From Parcubacteria group bacterium GW2011_GWA2_40_143 (GTDB lineage: Bacteria; Patescibacteriota; Minisyncoccia; UBA9983), in the NCBI GenBank assembly GCA_000996035.1, contig LBYH01000003.1, forward strand, positions 1-56,645: a stretch of DNA of 56,645 nucleotides, in the 5' to 3' direction. Shown one piece after another: positions 11,001 to 19,262 of this stretch (within the stretch, counting starts at the first letter, position 1; the number at the start of each line of letters is the position of its first letter). A model generated the notes under the pieces. That model made no database searches, was not told where the DNA came from, and was given only the letters and a program-made list of their open reading frames with translations. A program made the translations under genes and the position numbers.

Positions 11001-11307
11001 AATAAAAACCAAGATAGGCGAAGCCAGAAAGATGCCCAACGGTTTGCCGGTGGTAACCATAGGCATGATAGAAGAAGCGAAAAAGATTTTTACCAAAAAA
11101 GGCGACCCCATGCTCTTCATGAAGCTCTCCGATTACAGCGATAGCATAGAAAACGTAATTTTTCCAAAAATACTTGATAAATACGGCGAGATTATCCGAG
11201 AAGGCAATTGCGTTGCCGTAAAAGGCCGCGTCTCCCTCCGCAACGGCGATTCTTCCATCATTGTGGAAGAGCTTAAAGAACTGACGGTGGAGAATGCAAA
11301 TTCTTGA
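8086..11307 (+). CDS. dnaE: DNA polymerase III alpha subunit
   Basis: 1073 aa. N-terminal PHP domain (HLHVHSHYSLLDG), polymerase core (PDIDMDF, FDFLGIKNL, YGFNKAHAASY), and a C-terminal OB fold. Confidence 0.95.
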   Translation: MSSKFVHLHVHSHYSLLDGLAKIDDLIKKAVELKMTALALTDHGNMHGSIEFYKKCKKANIKPIIGTECYIAFEGMRDKRPGIDNKRYHLVLLARNEIGYKNLKQIVTAANLEGYYYKPRVDKAYLRAHSEGLIALSACMAGEVSRKVEKKDFAEAERIAKEYEEIFGKGNFFIEIGHHPTIDGYMEIQKGLARVARNAGIPLVATQDVHYANVEDREAQDILVAIQTNAQLADTNRMTMKNENNSMRSMEEMVELFKDTPDAIENTVKIAECCNLELELGKWVFPKLELKDNRKPEEYLQELAYAAYKEKFSARDADGEIKKRVDYELEVIIGKGYAPYFLIVSDLINFAREKGIVTTTRGSAAGSLVSYLIGITTVDPIEYMLPFERFLNPHRPSPPDIDMDFADDRREEVLEYAKGKYGRDKVAQIGTFGTMMARGSVRDVTRALGKPYDLGDRIAKLIPMGSQGFPMTIAQAIEIEPELKKMYKGEPEVKQIIDLAKKIEGCARHISVHAAGVVISPTELTDFVPLQFEPKGEKIITQFNMHDVEEAGLLKFDFLGIKNLAILGNSIKIVKKIHGIDIDIQNIPLDDRKTFELLSRGDTTGVFQMGGSGMTRYLKELAPSRITDLMAMIALFRPGPMDNIPSYIKRKHGQEAITYLDPRLEKILEKTYGVVTYQDDVLFIAIELAGYDWGSVDKFRKAIGKKIPEEMAKQEKIFIEGCQTHGGITKQKAEALWSLFDPFKGYGFNKAHAASYGMVAYQTAYMKANFPAEYMTAVLTADSGDTEKIAVSIVECKKMGIPVLPPNVNESFEDFTVIKGEKEKNSPDQIRFGLCTIKNLGAEISRVIIEERKASGQFKSFADFLDRIKHKNLNKKSLEALIKAGAMDEFGERGQLLGNTEDALLYSKDTAKLNQNQGSLFSLMQNATSVPGLKLKETPPASQHEKLLWEKELLGLYISGHPLDRFKEKFEKIKTKIGEARKMPNGLPVVTIGMIEEAKKIFTKKGDPMLFMKLSDYSDSIENVIFPKILDKYGEIIREGNCVAVKGRVSLRNGDSSIIVEELKELTVENANS

Positions 11308-11311
11308 AAAT
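11236..11311 (+). repeat. 76-bp repeat copy R1 (native 3' end of dnaE including the stop codon)
   Basis: ctccgcaacggcgattcttccatcattgtggaagagcttaaagaactgacggtggagaatgcaaattcttgaaaat is identical to 12702-12777. Confidence 0.95.
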
Positions 11312-11328
11312 CAGTTAAAATTTAAATT

Positions 11329-11686
11329 ATGAAGAATATAGAAAATAACATCGCCTTTATAGACGGACAGAATCTGCATCTTGGCACAATGCAAGATAAC
11401 TGGAAGATAGACCATGCCAAACTTAGAATGTACTTAAAAGATAAATACAAAATAAATGAAGCTTATTATGTTCTTGGGTATGTAAACGAAGAAGAGCAGA
11501 AACTTTATAGCAATCTTCAAAAAGCTGGTTAACTATCTTATAGAAAAAAGCAGATTTAAAAAGATACTTTTCCCAAACAAAAAATTCGCATCGTCATTAT
11601 ATAAAACACTTGGTTCAGAGTGCTACGATTATTTAATCAATATTAAAACTTATATAGAATGGCATAAAAAAGAAAAGGGCTCCTAA
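11329..11686 (+). pseudogene. NYN/LabA-like domain gene with internal deletion or frameshift
   Basis: A 67-aa ORF (NIAFIDGQNLHLG...) stops at 11532. The +1 frame continues as VNYLIEKSRFKKILFPNKKFASSLYKTLGSECYDYLINIKTYIEWHKKEKGS*, which resembles an NYN C-terminus. The catalytic middle of the domain is missing. Confidence 0.6.
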
Positions 11687-11773
11687 GGCACAAGCACCTT
11701 TCGGATCCCTTTTCGTATTGATACAATTTTATTATAAACCAATACTCATATTATTGTCAAGCCACCATATCGC

Positions 11774-11806
11774 CCATCATCGTGGAGGAGCTTAAAGAAC
11801 TGACGG
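11774..11806 (+). repeat. degenerate third copy (R') of the dnaE 3' end
   Basis: ccatcatcgtggaggagcttaaagaactgacgg differs from dnaE 11255-11287 at 2 of 33 positions. Both differences are synonymous in the dnaE frame (IIVEELKELT). Confidence 0.85.
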
Positions 11807-11818
11807 CCTAGAGAAAAT

Positions 11819-12235
11819 CTACAATATTTTGTCTATTGATCTCATAAAGTCGCCAAAATCAGTAATATCTTTTCTGGCGTATTCCAATATTTTTTTGTCT
11901 TCCATCTCCCAATATCGGTGAATTAACTTATTTCTAAATTTGGACATTTTTTTCATTTTCTGCGCCAGACCGTTGTTTAAAATTTTTTCTTCACCCAAAA
12001 GTTCAAAACATTCTCCGAAGCCGGACACGCCCTTGTTTAATTTTTTCGCGGCCACATGGACGCAAACTCCGCCCACGGCTTCTATCGCCTGCAGGAGATA
12101 ATACTTCAGAGCCGCGATGTTGCTTTTCCTGTTCCAAAACTCATTGTCGTCAGACAACGGCAGCTCTTTAGCGGAAGCCACCGCCTCGTTTATCTCCGCG
12201 AATCTCTGTTTGATTTTATCTTTATCCAGATCCAT
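11819..12235 (-). CDS. hepT: HEPN-domain (DUF86) toxin HepT
   Basis: Rx4H motif in FRNKLIHRYWEMED. About 138 aa, starting 1 nt after the upstream nucleotidyltransferase gene ends. Confidence 0.8.
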   Translation of the reverse strand: MDLDKDKIKQRFAEINEAVASAKELPLSDDNEFWNRKSNIAALKYYLLQAIEAVGGVCVHVAAKKLNKGVSGFGECFELLGEEKILNNGLAQKMKKMSKFRNKLIHRYWEMEDKKILEYARKDITDFGDFMRSIDKIL

Positions 12236-12236
12236 T

Positions 12237-12674
12237 TTAATTATTCGGCACTAATTCTTTAAGTGATAAAAGTGAAATGTATTCATTGGCGACGGCGTCC
12301 AAAGAAACGTTCTCCACCACACGCGAAAGCAAATCGTTATTCTTAGCAAACAAAACTTCTCCTGTCCTGAAAACATTGTTCAAAAAAGCGCTTGGCGCGA
12401 AGTTTAAAATCTTGACATCAATATCATCCATAGACAATCCGCATTTTTTCGCAATTTTTTCCGATAATCTTATCTCTTCGTCAAAAACTTCTTCTTTAAC
12501 GATTTTGTTGAAGTAAACGCCAACGTCAATATCTCTGAATGAAGGAGAACCTAAAAAAGAGCCGAAGATATAGGTAAAAATAATTCTTTCATCCTCGGAA
12601 AGAATTATTTTAATGCCATCCATTATTTTTTGCCTGTCGTTTTGGCTTATTGATAAATACTCTTCTTTATTCAT
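12237..12674 (-). CDS. mntA: minimal nucleotidyltransferase antitoxin MntA
   Basis: GSFLGSPSFRDIDVGVY fits the GSx10DxD motif. It is paired with the DUF86 gene. Confidence 0.8.
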   Translation of the reverse strand: MNKEEYLSISQNDRQKIMDGIKIILSEDERIIFTYIFGSFLGSPSFRDIDVGVYFNKIVKEEVFDEEIRLSEKIAKKCGLSMDDIDVKILNFAPSAFLNNVFRTGEVLFAKNNDLLSRVVENVSLDAVANEYISLLSLKELVPNN

Positions 12675-12701
12675 GTCTATAATTTACCTTATTTATAATT
12701 T

Positions 12702-12777
12702 CTCCGCAACGGCGATTCTTCCATCATTGTGGAAGAGCTTAAAGAACTGACGGTGGAGAATGCAAATTCTTGAAAAT
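12702..12777 (+). repeat. 76-bp repeat copy R2 (exact duplicate of the dnaE 3' end)
   Basis: Identical to 11236-11311. It lies 17 nt upstream of the thrS ATG. Confidence 0.95.
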
Positions 12778-12794
12778 GTGCTATTATATTAGCC

Positions 12795-14540
12795 ATGAAA
12801 TCTAAAAACAATGAGCTTGTTGAGAATATCCGCCATTCATTGGCTCATATTATGGCGGAGGCAATCACGTCTAAGCACCCGGACGTAAAATTGGGTATAG
12901 GCCCTATCATAGAAAACGGCTTTTATTATGACTTTGATTTTTCCGCCGAGGATCATTCCCCTTCCGAAGATAAGTTGCCAAAGTTGGAAAACTTTATGCG
13001 CGAGCTTATTAAACAGAATATCAAGTTTGAAAGAGAAGAAATTACCGCCGCCGAAGCGCGAAAAATTTTTGCCAATCAGTCATATAAACTGGAAATTATA
13101 AATGAGCTGGAGCAAACAGGTGAAAAAATATCAATTTACAAATCCGGAAACTTCATTGACCTTTGCGCCGGTCCGCATGTGGCAAGTACCAAAGAAATTG
13201 ATCCGAACGCTTTCAAACTCACCAAAGTCGCCGGCGCTTATTGGAGAGGAAGCGAGAAAAACAAAATGCTCACGCGTGTTTACGGCATAGCTTTTTCTAA
13301 CAAGCAAGAACTGGACGATTATCTCAAAATGATGGAAGAGGCGGAAAAAAGAGACCACAGAAAATTGGGTAAAGAATTGGATCTTTTCTCCTTTCATCAA
13401 GAAGGACCCGGCTTCCCTTTCTGGCACCCGAAAGGAACTGTTTTATACAATGAACTAAAAAATTTCATAAGAAAAGAAAATGAAAAACGCGGCTACGGAG
13501 AAGTGATGACTCCCATTATGCTCAAAAAAGATTTGTGGGTTACTTCCGGTCATTGGGATAAATTCAGAGATGACATGTATTTCAGCAAAATAGACGAGGA
13601 AGATATAGCTGTAAAGCCGATGAATTGCCCCGGCGGCATGCTTATATACAAAGACAGCATGCGTTCTTACCGAGACCTGCCGCTAAGATATTCCGAGTTT
13701 GGCCTCGTGCACAGGCACGAGCTTTCCGGTGTCTTACACGGCCTATTGCGAGTGAGAGCATTCACTCAAGATGATGCTCACTCTTACTGCACACAAGAAC
13801 AATTAAATAGCGAGATAATAAACATGGTGGATTATGCCATAGATATTTACAAAACCTTCGGCTTTAATGAATATGAAATTTTTATAGCCACCAAGCCGGA
13901 AAAACATATAGGGGAAAACGATGTGTGGGAATTGGCTACAAACGCTCTTATCCAATCACTTCAAGAGAAAAATCTTGAGTATCGCATTAAAGAAGGAGAA
14001 GGGGCTTTTTACGGACCTAAAATTGAATTTAATATTAAAGACGCTATTGGCAGAAATTGGCAAATGGGTACTATCCAGGTAGATTTATCCATGCCGGCAA
14101 GATTTGGCGCCGAATATACAGACAAGGACGGCAGTAAAAAAACGCCGGTCATGGTGCACAGAGCCATACTTGGATCTTTGGAGAGGTTTATAGGCGTACT
14201 CATAGAGCATTACACCGGCGCTTTTCCTCTTTGGCTCTCTCCCATACAGGTAAAAATAATTCCGGTTGGAGAAAAATTTAACACGTATGGTGAAAAGGTT
14301 TTAAACGTATTAAAAGAAAATGAAATAAGAGTGGAGATAGACAGCAGCAATGAATCTTTGGGTAAAAGAATCCGCGCCGCCAAAACTCAAAAAATTCCTT
14401 ACATATTGGTAGTAGGCGAAAAAGAGCAAGAGAGCGAGAGCGTGGCTGTAAACGCCAGAGACAACGAAAAACAAGAAACGCTGCTTCTCTCCGATTTTAT
14501 GCGTCTATGTTTTCCACCTCCTTGGCATGAGATTGGATGA
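12795..14540 (+). CDS. thrS: threonyl-tRNA synthetase (short N-terminus, no TGS domain)
   Basis: HSLAHIMAEAI (second additional domain), class II core (RDLPLRYSEFGLVHRHE, FTQDDAHSYC, GAFYGPKIEF), and an anticodon-binding domain. The last ~14 codons overlap the gyrB 3' end. Confidence 0.9.
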   Translation: MKSKNNELVENIRHSLAHIMAEAITSKHPDVKLGIGPIIENGFYYDFDFSAEDHSPSEDKLPKLENFMRELIKQNIKFEREEITAAEARKIFANQSYKLEIINELEQTGEKISIYKSGNFIDLCAGPHVASTKEIDPNAFKLTKVAGAYWRGSEKNKMLTRVYGIAFSNKQELDDYLKMMEEAEKRDHRKLGKELDLFSFHQEGPGFPFWHPKGTVLYNELKNFIRKENEKRGYGEVMTPIMLKKDLWVTSGHWDKFRDDMYFSKIDEEDIAVKPMNCPGGMLIYKDSMRSYRDLPLRYSEFGLVHRHELSGVLHGLLRVRAFTQDDAHSYCTQEQLNSEIINMVDYAIDIYKTFGFNEYEIFIATKPEKHIGENDVWELATNALIQSLQEKNLEYRIKEGEGAFYGPKIEFNIKDAIGRNWQMGTIQVDLSMPARFGAEYTDKDGSKKTPVMVHRAILGSLERFIGVLIEHYTGAFPLWLSPIQVKIIPVGEKFNTYGEKVLNVLKENEIRVEIDSSNESLGKRIRAAKTQKIPYILVVGEKEQESESVAVNARDNEKQETLLLSDFMRLCFPPPWHEIG

Positions 14541-16497
14541 AAAGTTTTCTGGCTTCCACGTTTGAGCCCATGAGAGTCTCAAAGACTTTGTCAGCCTCCT
14601 CGGCATCACTTACATTTACTTGCTTGAGCACTCTTCTGGCCGGATCCATGGTAGTCTCCCATAGTTCTTCCGGATTCATCTCACCGAGACCTTTGTATCT
14701 TTGCACGTTATAACCCTCCTTGCCTTTCAAGGCTTTATCTCTTTCCGTGTCACTATAGGCGTATGTTATATCTTTGCCTTTTTGCACCTTATACAAAGGC
14801 GGCTGAGCAATGTACAGATAACCGTTTTCTATAACCGGCGCGAAATGTCTGAAAAATAAAGTGAGCAAAAGCGTAGTGATGTGCGCGCCGTCCACGTCGG
14901 CATCAGTGGCTATGATTATTTTATGGTAACGCAATTTGCTTAAATCAAACTCATCGGCAATAGCGGCGCCGAGAGCTATCACTAACGCTTTAATTTCTTT
15001 GAAAGCTAGCATCTTGTCTAGCCCCGCTCTTTCCACGTTTAGAATTTTACCTTTAAGCGGCAGTATGGCCTGAGTGCGCCTGTCTCTGCCCTGCTTACTG
15101 GAACCGCCGGCGGAATCTCCCTCTACTATAAAGAGTTCCGACTCCTCGGCGCTTTTGGATTGGCAATCAGCCAATTTGCCGGGCAAAGTGAGACCTTCAA
15201 GCACCCCTTTGCGCAAAATACTTTCTTTGGCGGCTTTGGCGGCTTTTCTGGCCTTAAGAGCCAATACCACTTTGGAGATAATAATTTTAGCGTCATCGGG
15301 ATTTTCTTCCAGAAAGGTTGAGAAGGCTTCGCCAAACACGGATTCCACCATAGATCTGGCTTCGGGATTGCCAAGCTTAGCCTTCGTTTGTCCTTCAAAC
15401 TGCGGCTCGCGCAATTTTATGGATATAACGGAAGTGATGCCTTCTCTCACGTCTTCTCCGGTAAAATTCTCATCGCTTTCTTTAATAAGATTATTTTTTC
15501 TGGCGTAATCGTTTATGATTCTGGTAAGAGCAGTCTTAAAACCGGTTAGGTGCGAACCGCCTTCCGGTGTTTTGATATTATTCGCGAAACTCACTTCGCG
15601 AATATCCACGTCTTCCACGTATTGCAAGGCGCACTCCACGCTGCCGCCATCTTCCATAAGTTTCTCTGTATAAAATATATTTTTGTGAACCGGTGTTTCT
15701 CCTTCGTTTAAATAAACCACCAAAGATTTAATGCCTCCTTCAAAATAAAAAGTGTATGAAGGGACATTTAAATTAAGATCTTTCAGATACAAGACATTAC
15801 TATCGTCTATCTCGCCCTCATAATCACGAAGATCCATCACTCTCACTCTCAAACCCTTCACAAGGTAAGCCTGCTGACGGAGATGATTTAGAATCGTTTG
15901 ATAATTAAATTTTGTTTCTGAGAATATTGAACCGTCCGGCTGGAAAGTTACAACCGTGCCCTTAAATTTGCTTGGGCCGACTCGCTTAGTCTTATATTGC
16001 GGCTTGCCTATTTTGTATTCTTGTATGTGCTTGTCTTTGCCAGTGTGCACTTCCGCCTTAAGATCAGTGGACAGAGCGTTTACCACCGAAGCGCCCACAC
16101 CGTGCAAACCGCCGGCAATTTTATACGACTCGCCGCCAAACTTACCGCCGGCATGAAGCGTAGTCATAATCGTTTCAAGCGCCGATACTTTAGTTTGCTT
16201 GTGTATATCTACCGGTATGCCTCGGCCGTTGTCGGCCACTCTTATTCTCTCCCCCGGCAAGATAACCACTTCTATCTCATTGGCAAAACCACCCATGGCT
16301 TCATCGCGAGAGTTGTCAAAAATTTCCCACACCAAATGATGCAAGCCGTCTATGCCGGTAGAACCGATATACATACCCGGGCGTTTACGCACCGGATCAA
16401 GGCCTTCCAAAATATAAATATCATCGGCCGTGTAATTAGGCTTTTTGTCTTTTTTGACCTCTTTTTCGGTTTTTTTTGTGTCGTCTTTTTGAGCCAT
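14497..16497 (-). CDS. gyrB: DNA gyrase subunit B
   Basis: GLHHLVWEIFDNSRDE, the GHKL ATPase, Toprim (LFIVEGDSAGGS, DADVDGAHI), and the YKGLGEMNPEELWETTM tail. Confidence 0.95.
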   Translation of the reverse strand: MAQKDDTKKTEKEVKKDKKPNYTADDIYILEGLDPVRKRPGMYIGSTGIDGLHHLVWEIFDNSRDEAMGGFANEIEVVILPGERIRVADNGRGIPVDIHKQTKVSALETIMTTLHAGGKFGGESYKIAGGLHGVGASVVNALSTDLKAEVHTGKDKHIQEYKIGKPQYKTKRVGPSKFKGTVVTFQPDGSIFSETKFNYQTILNHLRQQAYLVKGLRVRVMDLRDYEGEIDDSNVLYLKDLNLNVPSYTFYFEGGIKSLVVYLNEGETPVHKNIFYTEKLMEDGGSVECALQYVEDVDIREVSFANNIKTPEGGSHLTGFKTALTRIINDYARKNNLIKESDENFTGEDVREGITSVISIKLREPQFEGQTKAKLGNPEARSMVESVFGEAFSTFLEENPDDAKIIISKVVLALKARKAAKAAKESILRKGVLEGLTLPGKLADCQSKSAEESELFIVEGDSAGGSSKQGRDRRTQAILPLKGKILNVERAGLDKMLAFKEIKALVIALGAAIADEFDLSKLRYHKIIIATDADVDGAHITTLLLTLFFRHFAPVIENGYLYIAQPPLYKVQKGKDITYAYSDTERDKALKGKEGYNVQRYKGLGEMNPEELWETTMDPARRVLKQVNVSDAEEADKVFETLMGSNVEARKLFIQSHAKEVENIDA

Positions 16498-16551
16498 ATA
16501 CTGCGTTTATTTTACCACAATAATCTTGAATTACAAAATAAGATGATAACT

Positions 16552-17832
16552 TTACCGCCTTATTTCCCAGTCTGAGTTTGTGTCTTCCATGGCTTTAAAA
16601 ATTTTATCTCTTATCTCGTTTACTTCCTCGTCTGTGAGAGTTTTATCCGGCGACTGAAACATCAAACGAAAAGCTAAACTCTTCCTGCCTTCTTTCTCAA
16701 AAATATCAAACAAGTCCGTGTCCACAAGCAGCTCGCCGGCGGTATTTTCTATAACATCAAGCACCTGCTCCACCTTGGTGTCCGCCGGCACGAAAATCGC
16801 GATATCTCTGGCAATTATCGGGTATCTGGAAATCGGTTTATATTCCAAATTCTCGTTTGCCAATCTGACCATCTCATCAAAATTAAATTCAAAAGTATTA
16901 TGATCTATATGACCTATTACTTTGCCGTCAGCATGGACTTCGGCAACTTTGCTGTCATGATCTTCATAGTAGTAATCATTTATACCAATACCTATCAAGA
17001 CGGCGTCCGCCACCCCCTTCATCTCATAGAAGTCGGCCTTATTGCTCAAAGCGGCAAAGTGCCATATCTCGCCTTCCGCCGGAAAAACTTTTCCTATTTC
17101 AAATATCTTTATTTCTTTAAAATTTTTGCTGTTTTCCGCATTATTCTTCTCAAGACCAAGCGTTAAAAGCTTTCGCATAAACTCTTTGCCTTTGGCAATC
17201 GGATTCTTAAGTTCAAAATCGCCGTGAGAAGCGAAAGAATAATTATAGACATCATCATAACCAAGTCCTTTTATTATATTTCTCACTATGCCGGCGAAAA
17301 AATAGTTATCGTTCCGTTTCGGCGGCGCGAGCACGCCTTCCGGCATTTTTTCTTCTATTTTTTCGTAACCGTAAATTCTGGCTATTTCTTCCACCACGTC
17401 TTCCTTCAGTTCTATATCCGGCCTAAAATGAGGCGCCATTACGTTATAAGTATTTTCCTTCTTCTCCGCCTTAAAACCAAGTTTGGTTAAAATATCAATC
17501 ACTTCTTCCTCAGCGATATCTATCCCTAATTTTTTTTCCACTTCATCCGTTTGCAAATATATTCGCTTGCCTTTGTTGATATCCACTTCTTCCACCATAC
17601 CGGATTTAATATCCAATTTCAAAATAGCGGAAATATCTCTTATCGCGCCATGATAATCAATATAATCGTATTTTCTGCTCGGCAACATAGCAATATCAAA
17701 AACGAAATCACCGTCTTTTTCCACGACGCTTTCCAACTCAAGCGAGCGCATAGTAAGAAGCTCTGCCAAATCATTCGGTTCCGGCAGTTTAGTTTCAAAA
17801 AAAGATTGTAACCACGAATATTTTAATTCCAT
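16552..17832 (-). CDS. pheT: phenylalanyl-tRNA synthetase beta subunit, shortened form
   Basis: N-terminus MELKYSWLQSFF, a B5-like segment, a catalytic-like core, and a C-terminal FDX-ACB-like end (RYPIIARDIAIFVP...KSLAFRLMFQSPDKTLTDEEVN). At 426 aa it has no room for the B3/B4 editing module. Confidence 0.8.
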   Translation of the reverse strand: MELKYSWLQSFFETKLPEPNDLAELLTMRSLELESVVEKDGDFVFDIAMLPSRKYDYIDYHGAIRDISAILKLDIKSGMVEEVDINKGKRIYLQTDEVEKKLGIDIAEEEVIDILTKLGFKAEKKENTYNVMAPHFRPDIELKEDVVEEIARIYGYEKIEEKMPEGVLAPPKRNDNYFFAGIVRNIIKGLGYDDVYNYSFASHGDFELKNPIAKGKEFMRKLLTLGLEKNNAENSKNFKEIKIFEIGKVFPAEGEIWHFAALSNKADFYEMKGVADAVLIGIGINDYYYEDHDSKVAEVHADGKVIGHIDHNTFEFNFDEMVRLANENLEYKPISRYPIIARDIAIFVPADTKVEQVLDVIENTAGELLVDTDLFDIFEKEGRKSLAFRLMFQSPDKTLTDEEVNEIRDKIFKAMEDTNSDWEIRR

Positions 17833-17853
17833 AAATTTAGCGCAAATAATGTT

Positions 17854-18621
17854 TTAAAACTGTTTAATAAATCTTAAATCTCCGGAATAAAACAGTCTCA
17901 CATCATCTATCTTGTGTTTTACCATAACGAGCCTGTCCAATCCCATGCCGAAGGCGAAGCCTTGATATTTATTAGAATCAAGCTTTGCCATCTCAAGCAC
18001 CTTAGGATGCACCATGCCGGCGCCGGCCACTTCCAGCCATTTGCCGCCAAATTTAACATCCACCTCCACTGCCGGTTCAACAAAAGGAAAATAGCTTGGC
18101 CTAAAACGCACTTCCAAATCAGAATCACTAAAGAATTCTTTAAAATACGCTTTCATAACGGCTTTAAGATTGGCCATGTTTGCTTTCTCGTTTATCATTA
18201 AGCCGTCCAGCTGGTAAAATTGCGTTTCGTGCGTAGCGTCTGTGGCTTCGTTTCTAAAAACCCTGCCCATGGAAATAATTTTAATGGGTGGCTGGTTGCT
18301 TTCCAGATATCTTATATCTACCGAAGTAACGTGAGTTCGAAGCAAAAGCTTCTGCCCTATTTCTGCGCCATGACCGGAAGGTTCTTTCACCCAAAAAGTA
18401 TCCCACATACTTCTGGCCGGATGATGAGAAGGGATGTTTAGAGCGTCAAAGTTGTAATATTCCGACTCTATTTCCGGCCCGTCGGCTATCTCAAAGCCCA
18501 TAGACTCAAAAATCCATCCGGTCTTCTCCATGGCTTGCGTAAGCGGATGCAAATGCCCCACCGCCGGTCTTTTGCCCGGAGCCGTTACGTCTATAAATTT
18601 TTTGACCTTATTTTTATCCAT
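17854..18621 (-). CDS. pheS: phenylalanyl-tRNA synthetase alpha subunit (no N-terminal coiled coil)
   Basis: HPLTQ, FDALNIPSHHPARSMWDTFW, LLRTHVTSV, and FAFGMGLDRL class II motifs. Confidence 0.9.
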   Translation of the reverse strand: MDKNKVKKFIDVTAPGKRPAVGHLHPLTQAMEKTGWIFESMGFEIADGPEIESEYYNFDALNIPSHHPARSMWDTFWVKEPSGHGAEIGQKLLLRTHVTSVDIRYLESNQPPIKIISMGRVFRNEATDATHETQFYQLDGLMINEKANMANLKAVMKAYFKEFFSDSDLEVRFRPSYFPFVEPAVEVDVKFGGKWLEVAGAGMVHPKVLEMAKLDSNKYQGFAFGMGLDRLVMVKHKIDDVRLFYSGDLRFIKQF

Positions 18622-18649
18622 TATTTAAATAATAGCAGATTTTTGGCAT

Positions 18650-18689
18650 AAAAAAAGCCCCACAAGTTTCCTCTAATGAACTTGTGGGG
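18650..18689 (-). terminator. intrinsic terminator after the 114-aa gene
   Basis: Minus-strand CCCCACAAGTT / AACTTGTGGGG stem followed by GCUUUUUUU. Confidence 0.7.
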
Positions 18690-18731
18690 TAATAAATTAT
18701 ATAAAGAAAAAGAAAAAACAAAGAAAAAATG

Positions 18732-19076
18732 CTAACTTACTGCTTTTAAAACGTTGACGATCATGCACTTGTGCGCGCAATCTTTACAACTAAGTTCTTC
18801 CCTCGCCTTTCTCCGAAAGGTTGAGAGAAATGCGACTTTTAAAAACTTATCGTGAGCCAATATATCACAAATTTTGCCTTTGCCTTCGCACATAACTACC
18901 AAGCGGCCTCTTGAACCGCTTTTCAAGTAAAAACCTTCAAGGTTTTTACTTTCCCTCGTGTTTTCTTCGCAGAATATGTCTTCTGCGTATCTCTCTCCCA
19001 TTAGAGAGAGATTGAAATACGCGTTCTTCACCCCGCTACATACCAAGTTTCCGCCCAACGGAATTGCCTTACTCAT
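18732..19076 (-). CDS. hypothetical Cys-rich small protein
   Basis: 114-aa ORF with its own terminator. Cysteines at CSGV, FCEE, MCEGKGKICD and CKDCAHKC. No family recognised. Confidence 0.45.
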   Translation of the reverse strand: MSKAIPLGGNLVCSGVKNAYFNLSLMGERYAEDIFCEENTRESKNLEGFYLKSGSRGRLVVMCEGKGKICDILAHDKFLKVAFLSTFRRKAREELSCKDCAHKCMIVNVLKAVS

Positions 19077-19225
19077 GCTTCCCCCTTTTTTTAAATATAT
19101 AAAATAAAATAAAATTTTAAATTTTATAAATCGCTTCCTCCTTTCTCCTTCTTCCTCTTTACTTATTACTCATATTATTAAAGTACGAGACATTTTTATA
19201 ATAGCAAAATATCAAAAATTGTCCA

Positions 19226-19260
19226 GAAAAATAAAGACTTGGCAATGAAACCGCCAAGTC
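19226..19260 (-). terminator. intrinsic terminator after thyX
   Basis: GACTTGGC / GCCAAGTC stem directly after the stop, followed on the minus strand by UUUAUUUUU. Confidence 0.7.
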
Positions 19261-19262
19261 AA

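Noticed and set aside
14497-14540. 44-bp convergent overlap of the thrS and gyrB 3' ends as a regulatory or antisense feature
   Set aside because: The thrS tail (RLCFPPPWHEIG) looks like non-conserved read-through beyond the likely native C-terminus. The overlap is probably an incidental late stop and not a designed element.
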